From the IMG/VR virus record IMGVR_UViG_3300044695_003767: a DNA stretch of 64,000 bases; one strand, written 5' to 3'. The notes under the pieces were generated by a model. The model had not been told where the DNA came from, made no database searches, and saw nothing but the letters and a program-made list of their open reading frames with translations. Below are positions 56,901 through 64,000 of the stretch, piece after piece (position 1 is the stretch's first letter; every line of letters begins with the position of its first letter). This stretch comes from a virus. Both the position numbers and the translations under genes were made by a program.

Positions 56901-58420
56901 TCTCTGGAGTTGATACCCTTTATCTCTCCGGAATTCAAGGTGAGACAAATTCCTTCGGAGTTGGTGTTGCACTTAGTTATTATCCAGATAATTACCCATC
57001 ATCACCTATTGTATCATTGGCATCAACTACTGTAAGAAGTTTCACTTCAACTGGTGGTGTAAATTCTGGAAATTATATTAAAGTTGACCATTTTGATCAT
57101 GGAATGTATTCTGGAATAGACAAGATTAGAATTAATAATGTTCAATCCAGCTATCCAGTAACCACTTTAAGTGCATCATTAAGTGTAAGTGAAAGTAATA
57201 CTATTAATGTGGGAGATTCCTCGATATTCTCAACATTTGAAGGAGCTCCTGTTGGATCTGCAAATACCGGATATGTAAAAATCAATAATGAAATTATTGG
57301 ATATAGTACTGCTACGAACGGTACACTAACCATTGCATCTAATGGAAGAGGTGTAGATCAAACTTTAGTAACATTGCACGAGTCTAATAGTTTAGTTTAT
57401 AAGTATGAATTAAATGGTGTTTCACTAAGAAGAATCAATAAAGATCATGATATAAGTTCCTTAAACATTGGAATAGATGATTATTACATTCAGGTTTCAA
57501 GAACATCAAATGGATCTAATAGATCTTCAGATGGATCATTAGTTGGTTATCCAGAATTATCTTTTGTTGATGAGGGTAATTATGGAGGTTCTTCAGTCAC
57601 TGCATCTGAAAATATTAATTTCACAAGCTTAGTTCCATCATATGATTTAATTACACCAGGTTCTCAGACCTCCGTGAATGCTTTCGTCAGAACTATTAGT
57701 GGGACAAGTGCTAATGGAAGTGAAACACCATTTGTTGAACAACTATCTGAACCAATTCAATTAAATGCAGTCAATACATTAAGATCTGTCAGACTTGTAG
57801 CATCCGAAATTAATGAAAAAAATCAACCAGGATTAAGTAAATTATTAAGAAACAAATCCTTCGTAACTGGTATTACGTTAAATACAAAAAATACTAATTT
57901 ATCTCCAATAATTTATTTGGATAATGCAATTACAGAATTTAGATGTAATAGATTAAATTCCCCAATTTCAGATTATGTTTCTGATAACAGAGTTAATCAA
58001 ATTTTAAATGATCCACACGCTGCTGTTTATGTTTCAAACACTGTAAATCTATCCCAACCAGCATCAACTCTCAAAGTTATTTTAAGTGCATATAGACATA
58101 GAACGTCAGATTTTAGAGTTTTATATAGTCTAATTAGAGCAGATTCTGCAGAGGTTCCTCAAGCATTTGAATTGTTCCCAGGTTATGACAACCTTAAATT
58201 TGTTTCTGATCAGGGATATCTTGTTTTGGATCAATCAAAAAATAGTGGTAGACCAGATATGATTGTTCAACCAAGTCTTGATAATGAATTTTTAGAGTAT
58301 CAATTTACTGCAGATAATTTAGATTTATTTGTTGGTTATACAATTAAGATTGTTATGTCTGGAACAGATCAGTCAAGGCCACCAAGAATAAAAGAATTGA
58401 GAACACTCGCTATTCGATAA
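50978..58420 (+). CDS. large virion structural protein, DUF4815/VrlC-like (2480 aa)
   Basis: PYYDDF, LFNPGRPVQARELT, APGADR, RTYEESGDY, GFFVDDF, DPLAQSF. Confidence 0.85.
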   Translation: MAQKTNLNISPYYDDFSSDKNFYKILFNPGRPVQARELTTIQSLLQNQIESFGSHMFKEGSMVIPGNLTYDGQFYAVQLNSSNTGTDIALYLESLIGKKITGQTSGITATVQHIELPNGTSVLNPTIYVKYLESDNDFNFTQFNDGEFLTANENIVYSGTTINTGTPFASLISFNATSVGSAAFINSGVYFVRGFFVNVPKQTLILDYYTNNPSYRVGLTIEEIIITPKDDKSIYDNAKGFENYAAPGADRLQIQLTLDKKLLTDLNDSNFIELLRIDNGKIKKIENKSINDKFRDYLAQRTYEESGDYAVEPFNPSIHNSLNNRLGNNGLFFSNESTPNGGNPSDDLMCIKVSPGKAYVRGYDIQKSSTTILDVDKPRDTKSESNVGISFEMGNLLRVNNVTGIPQQKGIVTLYDQLGSTGTGIGSARVYAFNLTDSAYSSTSTNWDLYLYDIQTNIRLVLNRSSSSSEIPASSLIKGKNSGASGYTVASANGSDTISVRQTSGTFMVGESITVNGIDFPRTIISSNVFNTQSIKSVKQDVFSTVGVPTFTADTVLERFRFFGGITEANISAAVGGVSTITSPGRFFTGITTGNLVRYQKVGFNTETYNRINSVSSDGSSMQIVALSSNVSGVYEGSLPTSAIRTNVFPTATIIRNPSAGYLYSDIPHKNISSVNLSDSSLKISVQLANQSITNNQITLDASTIASSIGIVTAYFDSFDQERYSVVYNNGTIATLSSDSVEVSNTSLVIRNLTNTNATINVTLVKTGVKNKIKNYVRSEKLEITRSKYLQSGSGINTSISDGLTFNPYYGLRVQDEDICLLKPDVVKIIGIFESYDSTSPSLDRILFTSTANVSTNAIVGENIIGSSSKAVARVVERLSSPSNTLEVIYLTDDRFSVGEDVIFEESNIKTQIESIRIGKYKDITSTYTLDKGQKEEYYDYSKLVRNKNISEPSKKLLVVYDYYNVESNDNGDVFTVLSYDKDRYSTDIPALDSGVRASDILDFRPRVTTFNPTITSASPFEFSSRNFGTDPRLIITPNESFTISYDYYLPRIDRLYLDKLGNFVLERGISAVNPKAPTKSDAMMEIATIQLPPYLYNPQDALIQLRDNRRYTMRDIGYLDNRIESLERITSLSFLEVQTQTLQIQDSEGRNRFKSGFFVDDFKNNSLMNRVLSNVQVNPSAREMIPLISRNSIKSRLLSANNIIDEELDYRDNFELLDPNVQKTGNCVTLKYNEVGWIQQLYATGVENVNPFNVVIYTGIINLNPAVDTWVRTIQLPDRNINITNNSSRTITRDLNGSLRQDINNPVVRETTSSSVVRVANPGRRGQTSVTGSSVTESRDTQTFSSSSSSTNVTFDTVTNTDVSVRNVLVSTSDESFMRSRNTEFSVSNLKPSTKYYQFLDGNSSVDFTPKLVEVTTDSTLSTDGTTGIFVVGETVVGSSNGRNLISFRLATPDHKYGPFNNPTTKFTINPYIKTETLQSSYSNTSKVLNIDTNSLAEEAQGRYGGYLTKGMVLVGQTSGAVAYVKDLRLITDNFGDLIGTFFLRDPNTIPVPIIRIPTGTKTFKLTSSPTNEIGIPGSNSISFAEVAYSSDGTLNQWENEVTSITSNLTTQTVTNLNLNLTTNLTTTTRNTNLTVAEFFDPLAQSFTVGGSVEAPGANDSIDDINGAFLTSVGLFFAKKDDGNAPLRVEIRTVELGTPTRIIVGKSVTLRPSDVLISDDGETETKVTFPEPIYLAPGNEYAVVIISAHSDKYEMWIATMGEKSRKTQLLPDTESVIYSKQFSMGSLFKSQNGSIWTANQYQDLKFKLYKAQFIATTGTAFFTTPPLNQTNGYITTLNNNPVKTLPKTATLGISTIVTSLNSGLVNDILKVGRKIAGSNPNTYGYIVGTGCSVSQVVISDGGTNYPASSTIVNLSTTNIVGSGSGLKLSVTTNSSGSITGIAATTSSGTGYKVGDVVGIVTTLGRNARVSISSISGVDTLYLSGIQGETNSFGVGVALSYYPDNYPSSPIVSLASTTVRSFTSTGGVNSGNYIKVDHFDHGMYSGIDKIRINNVQSSYPVTTLSASLSVSESNTINVGDSSIFSTFEGAPVGSANTGYVKINNEIIGYSTATNGTLTIASNGRGVDQTLVTLHESNSLVYKYELNGVSLRRINKDHDISSLNIGIDDYYIQVSRTSNGSNRSSDGSLVGYPELSFVDEGNYGGSSVTASENINFTSLVPSYDLITPGSQTSVNAFVRTISGTSANGSETPFVEQLSEPIQLNAVNTLRSVRLVASEINEKNQPGLSKLLRNKSFVTGITLNTKNTNLSPIIYLDNAITEFRCNRLNSPISDYVSDNRVNQILNDPHAAVYVSNTVNLSQPASTLKVILSAYRHRTSDFRVLYSLIRADSAEVPQAFELFPGYDNLKFVSDQGYLVLDQSKNSGRPDMIVQPSLDNEFLEYQFTADNLDLFVGYTIKIVMSGTDQSRPPRIKELRTLAIR

Positions 58421-58621
58421 ATGCTTAAAGTAGAAGGGTATCAAAACTTATACCGTGATGAAAATACTGGTGCTATAATTAATTATGATTCTATGGCATA
58501 TGACCAGTATGTAAATTCTATTAATCAAAGAGAAATTCAAAAAAGAGAAATAAATCAAATTAAAACAGATATAGACGAAATTAAAACTTTATTGAGGGAG
58601 TTATTAAATGAATCCAAGTGA
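58421..58621 (+). CDS. small coiled-coil protein
   Basis: LYRDENTGAIIN...IDEIKTLLRELL. Confidence 0.75.
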   Translation: MLKVEGYQNLYRDENTGAIINYDSMAYDQYVNSINQREIQKREINQIKTDIDEIKTLLRELLNESK

Positions 58622-58787
58622 AATTAGTTTAAGTGATATTAATAAATTATTTGAATATGAAAAAATAAGTAGAGAAATTGATGAGTGTGAAGATATTGAA
58701 AAACTTCGCGATCTGACAAAATCATATATTAAATTGTATATGAAGCAGCAAGAAGTTTTAAAGGATTTAAATTTTAATAACCTATAG
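58608..58787 (+). CDS. 59-aa helix-loop-helix protein, possibly NblA-like (not in ORF track)
   Basis: SD GGGAG; LFEYEKISREIDECEDIEKLRDLTKSYIKLYMKQQEV. Confidence 0.55.
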   Translation: MNPSEISLSDINKLFEYEKISREIDECEDIEKLRDLTKSYIKLYMKQQEVLKDLNFNNL

Positions 58788-58791
58788 TATT

Positions 58792-58799
58792 CATAAATA
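58792..58799 (+). promoter_or_regulatory. late-type promoter
   Basis: CATAAATA upstream of 58822 ORF. Confidence 0.6.
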
Positions 58800-58821
58800 G
58801 TTTAAATAATAGAATATTCAG

Positions 58822-59160
58822 ATGTCTGCTGTTTATGTTAACAATCTAATTATTAATACAGGAGTAGACTTTGAACAAGTTTTTACCTTAGCTAGTAGTT
58901 CTGGTAATAGTGCTTTTAATCTTAATGGATATACTGCGGATGCTAAACTATCTAAGCATCCATACAGTGCGACAAAAGTTGGTTTTGCGGTAACATTTGT
59001 TGTTCCAAGTCAAGGAATACTTCAAATAAGTTTAACCCAACAACAAACCGCAACATTGAAAGAAGGTAGATACGTTTATGATGTAGTTTTAGACAGTGGT
59101 TCTAAGAAAACAAAGGTCGTTGAAGGGATGGTCCTTGTAAGAAAAGGAGTTACTTACTGA
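58822..59160 (+). CDS. virion structural protein (BppU-N-like)
   Basis: NLIINTGVDF, ISLT..QT..LKEGRYVYDV, VVEG. Confidence 0.7.
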   Translation: MSAVYVNNLIINTGVDFEQVFTLASSSGNSAFNLNGYTADAKLSKHPYSATKVGFAVTFVVPSQGILQISLTQQQTATLKEGRYVYDVVLDSGSKKTKVVEGMVLVRKGVTY

Positions 59161-59747
59161 TGTCTCGAATACCAGTAAGAATTGGGCAAGAAAATCAAAT
59201 AAAAGTTATTACTTCATTTGGTGCCCCAGGTATTCCGTATTTAGCAGTTAATGCAACAAATGTTGTCGGTGGAATTGTAACTGCAACAAGTCTAGAAATA
59301 GATGGAACATCAAATTTTCTTGGTGATGCATATTTTTCCCGTGATATCAATGTCACGAGAAATTTAACGGTTGGTGGTGCCTCGTATTTTATTGGAACTG
59401 CTAGTTTTTATGGTGGAACTATTGGACTCGGCAACACAAACACTGATGATATTATATTTGGTGGTGAAGTAAGTTCCGATATTGTTCCAAATTTAAATAA
59501 TACATATAGCCTTGGAATTTCCACACAAAGATGGAGTACATTATATTCTGAAAATTTAAATATTAATGCTGCTGTTATATTATCTGGTATTGGAAATACA
59601 TATGGTATAGCATATTTTGGACCAAACTCAGAAATTATATCAACAGCAACACCAGCTGTAGGTATACAAACAACAAATTTATTACTGACCACAAATTCCA
59701 GCAATGTTCCAGTTTGGGCAGATAGTATCGATGGAGGATTTTATTGA
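59160..59747 (+). CDS. short fibre-like structural protein
   Basis: Beta-rich repeats, YSLG...RW, C-terminal IDGGFY. Confidence 0.6.
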   Translation: MSRIPVRIGQENQIKVITSFGAPGIPYLAVNATNVVGGIVTATSLEIDGTSNFLGDAYFSRDINVTRNLTVGGASYFIGTASFYGGTIGLGNTNTDDIIFGGEVSSDIVPNLNNTYSLGISTQRWSTLYSENLNINAAVILSGIGNTYGIAYFGPNSEIISTATPAVGIQTTNLLLTTNSSNVPVWADSIDGGFY

Positions 59748-60589
59748 TGTCAAAACCATCTTCAAGACAAGAATTAATAGACTATTGTTTAAGACAATTG
59801 GGTGAACCAGTCATTGAAATAAACGTTGCAGAAGAGCAAATAGATGATTTGGTAGATGATGCACTTCAATACTTTCAAGAAAGGCACTTTGATGGTATTG
59901 AAAAAATGTATCTAAAGTATAAATTAACGGAAGATGATTTAAATAGGGGAAGAGCATCGGCAACAACTGGAGTGGGTATTACTACTACAACTGGAACTTC
60001 AAACATTGCTGGTATTGGAACAACTTCATTCAATTTTTACGAAAGTTCTAATTATATTCAAGTTCCGGATTCAATTATAGGTATTGAAAAGATATTCAAA
60101 TTTGATACTAGTTCTATTTCGGGTGGGATGTTCAGCATCAAATATCAATTATTTTTAAATGATCTATATTATTTTAATTCTGTAGAACTTCTTCAATATG
60201 CAATGGTTAAACGTTACTTGGAAGATATTGACTTTTTATTGACTACAGATAAGCAAGTAAGATTTAATAAAAGGCAAAATAGGTTATATTTGGATATTGA
60301 TTGGAATTCACAGTCAGCAAATACTTATATTGTAATTGAATGTTATAGAATATTGGATCCCAATACTTTTACCAAAGTTTATAATGATAGTTTTTTGAAG
60401 AAATATCTTACAGCATTAATTAAGAAACAATGGGGACAAAATTTAATAAAATACCAGGGAGTAAAATTGCCAGGTGGTATAGAGTTAAATGGTAGACAAA
60501 TATATGATGATGCACAAAGAGATCTAGAAGATATCAAGGAGAGGATGACACTTGAATATGAATTACCACCTTTAGATATGATCGGGTAA
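59747..60589 (+). CDS. g13: neck protein gp13
   Basis: YCLRQLGEPVIEINV, HFDG, QWGQNLIKY, LPGG. Confidence 0.93.
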   Translation: MSKPSSRQELIDYCLRQLGEPVIEINVAEEQIDDLVDDALQYFQERHFDGIEKMYLKYKLTEDDLNRGRASATTGVGITTTTGTSNIAGIGTTSFNFYESSNYIQVPDSIIGIEKIFKFDTSSISGGMFSIKYQLFLNDLYYFNSVELLQYAMVKRYLEDIDFLLTTDKQVRFNKRQNRLYLDIDWNSQSANTYIVIECYRILDPNTFTKVYNDSFLKKYLTALIKKQWGQNLIKYQGVKLPGGIELNGRQIYDDAQRDLEDIKERMTLEYELPPLDMIG

Positions 60590-60596
60590 TAATGTC

Positions 60597-62063
60597 ATGG
60601 CACTTAATCCTTTCTTTTTAAATGGTTCCTCAACAGAACAGAACTTAATTCAAGATTTAATTAATGAACAATTGAAAATCTATGGAATTGACATTATGTA
60701 TATTCCAAGAAAAATATTAAGATCTGATAATATCTTAAAAGAAGTTCAATCATCTAAATTTGATGATAATTTTATCATAGAAGCATATGTCAACAATTAT
60801 GAGGGATATGCTGGTTCTGGAGACATAATGACAAAATTTGGTGTATCTTTACGAGATGAAGTTACATTAACAATTTCAAAAGAAAGATTTGAAGAATTTA
60901 TTGCGCCAATATTATTATCAATTTATAATCCAGATTTAATTTACAATGATCCAAATGAGGTTGAATTAGTAACTAGACCTAGAGAGGGGGATTTAATTTA
61001 TTTTCCACTAGGTAAAAGGTTATTTGAAATTAAATTTGTTGAGCATGAGAAACCTTTTTATCAATTGGGAAAACTTTATGTTTATGAACTAGTTTGTGAA
61101 CTATTTGAATATGAAGATGAAATTATTGATACTACTGTAGATGAAGTTGATGAACTTATTAAAGATGTTACTGCAACATTATATCTCATAGATTATGATG
61201 ATGCTCAGAATGCAAGTCTTAAAGTTACTGCAGTAACTCCTCAACCAGGATATGTGCAACAGATTATTTTAAATCACGATGGATATGGATATACTTCAGT
61301 TCCAACAGTATCAATATCAACTTCACCAGTTGGAGTATCTAGTGCAAATGCAACTGCAGTAGCAATTACAACTTCTATTGGTGATGCATACTCTGTTAAG
61401 GAGGTTTTAATTACCAATACCGGATATGGATACATAGAACCACCAACAGTAACGTTTATTGGTGGTGGTGGATCCGGAGCAGATGCAACTTGTTTAATCA
61501 ATACCTCTGGAAGTAAAGGAGTACAGAATCTAACAGTTATTAATTATGGAGAGGGATATTTTTCTTCTCCAACTATTACAATCAGCCCATCCCCAACTGG
61601 TATAGGTTCGACCAATGCAATTATAGTTGGAAATGTAAGAGATTCTGTGGTTGGAATACTAACATTTGGTATGAGAAATGCTGGAAGTGGTTATCAAGGA
61701 GAATATGATAATCTAGGAAGATTAATATCACCAACAATTTCAGTATCATCACCATCAGCAATAACAAACAATGCTGGCATAGGTACTTTTCAGGATAATG
61801 AAATTGTTACTGGATCAATTTCTGGTGCCAAAGCTAGAGTTAAAAACTGGAATATAAATAATAAACAATTATTAATTTCTATTATATCTGGTGATTTTAT
61901 TAAAGGTGAATCTATTGTTGGTGCAGCATCAAGTGCATTATGGACTGTCAAAAAATATGATGACTTTATAACAGAAGATCCATATGCCCAAAATGATGAA
62001 ATTGAAAGTGAAGGTCTGGATATTATAGATTTTAGTCAAGATAACCCATTTGGTGTTTATTAA
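60597..62063 (+). CDS. g14: neck protein gp14
   Basis: LNPFF, YIPR, RPREGDLIYFP, PFYQLGK, NPFG. Confidence 0.92.
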   Translation: MALNPFFLNGSSTEQNLIQDLINEQLKIYGIDIMYIPRKILRSDNILKEVQSSKFDDNFIIEAYVNNYEGYAGSGDIMTKFGVSLRDEVTLTISKERFEEFIAPILLSIYNPDLIYNDPNEVELVTRPREGDLIYFPLGKRLFEIKFVEHEKPFYQLGKLYVYELVCELFEYEDEIIDTTVDEVDELIKDVTATLYLIDYDDAQNASLKVTAVTPQPGYVQQIILNHDGYGYTSVPTVSISTSPVGVSSANATAVAITTSIGDAYSVKEVLITNTGYGYIEPPTVTFIGGGGSGADATCLINTSGSKGVQNLTVINYGEGYFSSPTITISPSPTGIGSTNAIIVGNVRDSVVGILTFGMRNAGSGYQGEYDNLGRLISPTISVSSPSAITNNAGIGTFQDNEIVTGSISGAKARVKNWNINNKQLLISIISGDFIKGESIVGAASSALWTVKKYDDFITEDPYAQNDEIESEGLDIIDFSQDNPFGVY

Positions 62064-62908
62064 TGCTTGGAAATTATTACTATCACGAAATTATTAGAAA
62101 AACCATTATTGGTTTTGGAACTTTATTTAATGATATTCATATCAAACATAAGGACGAAAATTCTGATGTCTTGAGTGTTCTTAGAGTACCATTAAATTAT
62201 GGACCAGCTCAAAAATTTCTGGCAAGAATTACAGAACAAAAAGACTTAAATCGACCATATCAGATAACATTGCCAAGAATGTCCTTTGAGCACAATAGCA
62301 TATCTTATGATCCAACAAGAAAAACTACAGTAACCCAAACATTTAAAGCGGTAGATGGGAATAATAAGGTAAAAAAAGTTTTTATGCCTGTTCCTTATAA
62401 CATTGGATTTGAATTGAATATTCTTTCCAAATTGAATGATGATTCTTTACAAATAGTGGAACAAATTTTACCATATTTTCAACCCTCATTTACCATTACA
62501 ATAGACCTTGTAGACTCGATCGGAGAAAAAAGAGACATACCAGTAGTTTTAGACAGTATTAGTTTTCAAGATGATTATGAAGGAGATTTTTCAACTAGAA
62601 GAGCAATAATATATACGTTACAATTTACAGTAAAAACATATCTGTTTGGTGCTATAGCAGAAAATAGTGACGGACTGATTAAAAAAGTTCAAGTCGATAT
62701 GTCATCCAATACAAACAAATCTTCTGCTATTAGGGAGGTAAGATACACGGCTACTCCTAAAGCACTAAAAGATTATAATAATGATGGAATAATAACTCCA
62801 GCAGATGATGCATTTGTTGATCCAGATGACGATTTTGGATTTAATGAATCCTGGCAAGATTTTTCTGATGCGAAAAAATATAGTCAACCAAGACAAGTAG
62901 ATTATTAA
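62063..62908 (+). CDS. g15: tail sheath stabiliser/terminator gp15
   Basis: FGTLFNDI, VPLNYGP, LPRMSF, QIVEQILPYFQP. Confidence 0.93.
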   Translation: MLGNYYYHEIIRKTIIGFGTLFNDIHIKHKDENSDVLSVLRVPLNYGPAQKFLARITEQKDLNRPYQITLPRMSFEHNSISYDPTRKTTVTQTFKAVDGNNKVKKVFMPVPYNIGFELNILSKLNDDSLQIVEQILPYFQPSFTITIDLVDSIGEKRDIPVVLDSISFQDDYEGDFSTRRAIIYTLQFTVKTYLFGAIAENSDGLIKKVQVDMSSNTNKSSAIREVRYTATPKALKDYNNDGIITPADDAFVDPDDDFGFNESWQDFSDAKKYSQPRQVDY

Positions 62909-62912
62909 AATT

Positions 62913-63344
62913 ATGAAAAATTATGATAATTTAGATAAGGCATTAAACATTGAAAGTTCTATAGTAGAAGTTGAAAAAAATTCTGCAGAGATAGAAAAAC
63001 CATTACTAGCTTTGAAAAATAATGACATACAAAAAGATTATGAGTATACTCGTGCAAATTTATATTCCTTAATTGAAAAGGGGCAAGAGGCAATTAATGG
63101 GATTATGGAACTTGCCGGTGAAGGTGGAAGTCCTAGAGCATATGAAGTTGCTGGGCAATTAATTAAAAATGTTGCAGACACAACGGATAAATTAATAGAT
63201 TTACAAAAGAAATTAAAAGAGGTTGAGGAAGATTCACCCAAGACAACTAATAATGTTACTAATAATGCTTTGTTTGTTGGTTCTACTGCAGAGTTATCAA
63301 AACTACTAAAGCAAGGTTTTCTAAATAATAATGAAGAGAAATAG
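62913..63344 (+). CDS. g16: terminase small subunit gp16
   Basis: DYEYTRANL, PRAYEVAGQLIK, NALFVGSTAEL. Confidence 0.92.
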   Translation: MKNYDNLDKALNIESSIVEVEKNSAEIEKPLLALKNNDIQKDYEYTRANLYSLIEKGQEAINGIMELAGEGGSPRAYEVAGQLIKNVADTTDKLIDLQKKLKEVEEDSPKTTNNVTNNALFVGSTAELSKLLKQGFLNNNEEK

Positions 63345-63349
63345 TATCA

Positions 63350-64000
63350 ATGAAAGATCCAAAAGGTCCTGTTAAAGCATATAAATCTCCAGAGGAACTT
63401 GCTAAAAAGCATAATCTTCCTTTAGAGACTATTATGAAGCAGGTAGAAATTGGAACTAAAGTAGAAGGTGAGCACACTACGAGTAAAGGTAGTGCAAGAA
63501 TTACTGCTCTCCAACATATTGACGAATTTCCCGATTATTATACAAGATTAAAAAAAGTTGAGAAAATTAAAGAAGGAAATTTGCATAAGTGGTTTCAAAG
63601 TAAATCTAAAGATGGAAAATCTGGTTGGGTAAATGTTGTAACTGGTGGTACTTGTGCCAGTGATGAACCAGGAGAGGGTGTTCCCAAATGTGTCTCTTCT
63701 GAAAAAAGAGCAAGTATGTCAAAAGCAGAAAGACTTTCTGCAGCAAGAAGAAAAAAAGCAGCAGATCCAGGACAACAAGAAAAATCTGGGGCAGCAAAAC
63801 CAACGTATGTTTCTACTGATAAACCAAAGAAAAAAATGAATGAAGAATCTGACGTTAAGGGGAAAAGTAGTGGCAAAAAAGATGCTTGCTATCGTAAGGT
63901 AAAGGCAAGATATGATGTTTGGCCAAGTGCATATGCATCTGGAGCACTGGTTAAGTGTCGTCAAAAAGGTGCTGCTAACTGGGGTACTAAATCGGAAGAA
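63350..64000 (+). CDS. conserved phage protein with DUF5661-like N-terminus (runs off window; not in ORF track)
   Basis: Open 217 codons: GTKVEGEHT..ALQHIDEFPDYYTRL, WPSAYASGALVKCR; late-like CTAAATA at 63321. Confidence 0.75.
   Translation, partial: MKDPKGPVKAYKSPEELAKKHNLPLETIMKQVEIGTKVEGEHTTSKGSARITALQHIDEFPDYYTRLKKVEKIKEGNLHKWFQSKSKDGKSGWVNVVTGGTCASDEPGEGVPKCVSSEKRASMSKAERLSAARRKKAADPGQQEKSGAAKPTYVSTDKPKKKMNEESDVKGKSSGKKDACYRKVKARYDVWPSAYASGALVKCRQKGAANWGTKSEE

Noticed and set aside
36318-58420. Inteins or introns explaining the giant ORFs
   Set aside because: No splicing or homing-endonuclease motifs noticed; size is explained by repeat domains typical of cyanophage baseplate proteins
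474-63964. Minus-strand ORFs in the track (e.g. 11040-11678, 17323-18171, 24115-24495, 29153-29749)
   Set aside because: They shadow well-supported + strand genes and have no recognisable motifs
1-64000. tRNA or rRNA genes
   Set aside because: No cloverleaf or T-loop pattern recognised in intergenic gaps; tRNAscan-SE would be needed to be certain

Overview
This is a 64-kb segment of a T4-like cyanobacterial myovirus (Kyanoviridae-like), and essentially all genes lie on the + strand. About 1-31.2 kb is an accessory/early region of roughly 100 tightly packed small ORFs. Recognisable products there include an SF2 helicase C-terminus, five 2OG-Fe(II) oxygenases, CP12, RlpA, a HExxH peptidase, an RNA-ligase-like protein and a gp38-like Gly-rich adhesin. 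About 31.4-64 kb holds a GT2, an ATP-grasp-like protein, speD, and then the structural block gp25-gp6-gp7-gp8-DUF4815-gp13-gp14-gp15-gp16 under T4-type late promoters. The most striking signals are non-coding. (i) There are 17 copies of a 22-bp dyad, GTGMCAGTT-N4-AASTGGCAC. Sixteen sit 29-31 nt upstream of a -10 hexamer, usually on the upstream stop codon, and they divide the early region into promoter-headed cassettes. (ii) A composite control locus lies at 26.3-27.2 kb. It is bracketed by an inverted ~58-bp ATTCTCAAT-box core and contains a 45-bp-period repeat array read by an antisense consensus promoter, a phased CTCGWCGAG array, and a 103-bp palindrome built from two of the dyads. All family calls come from motif recognition by eye. 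No searches were run.
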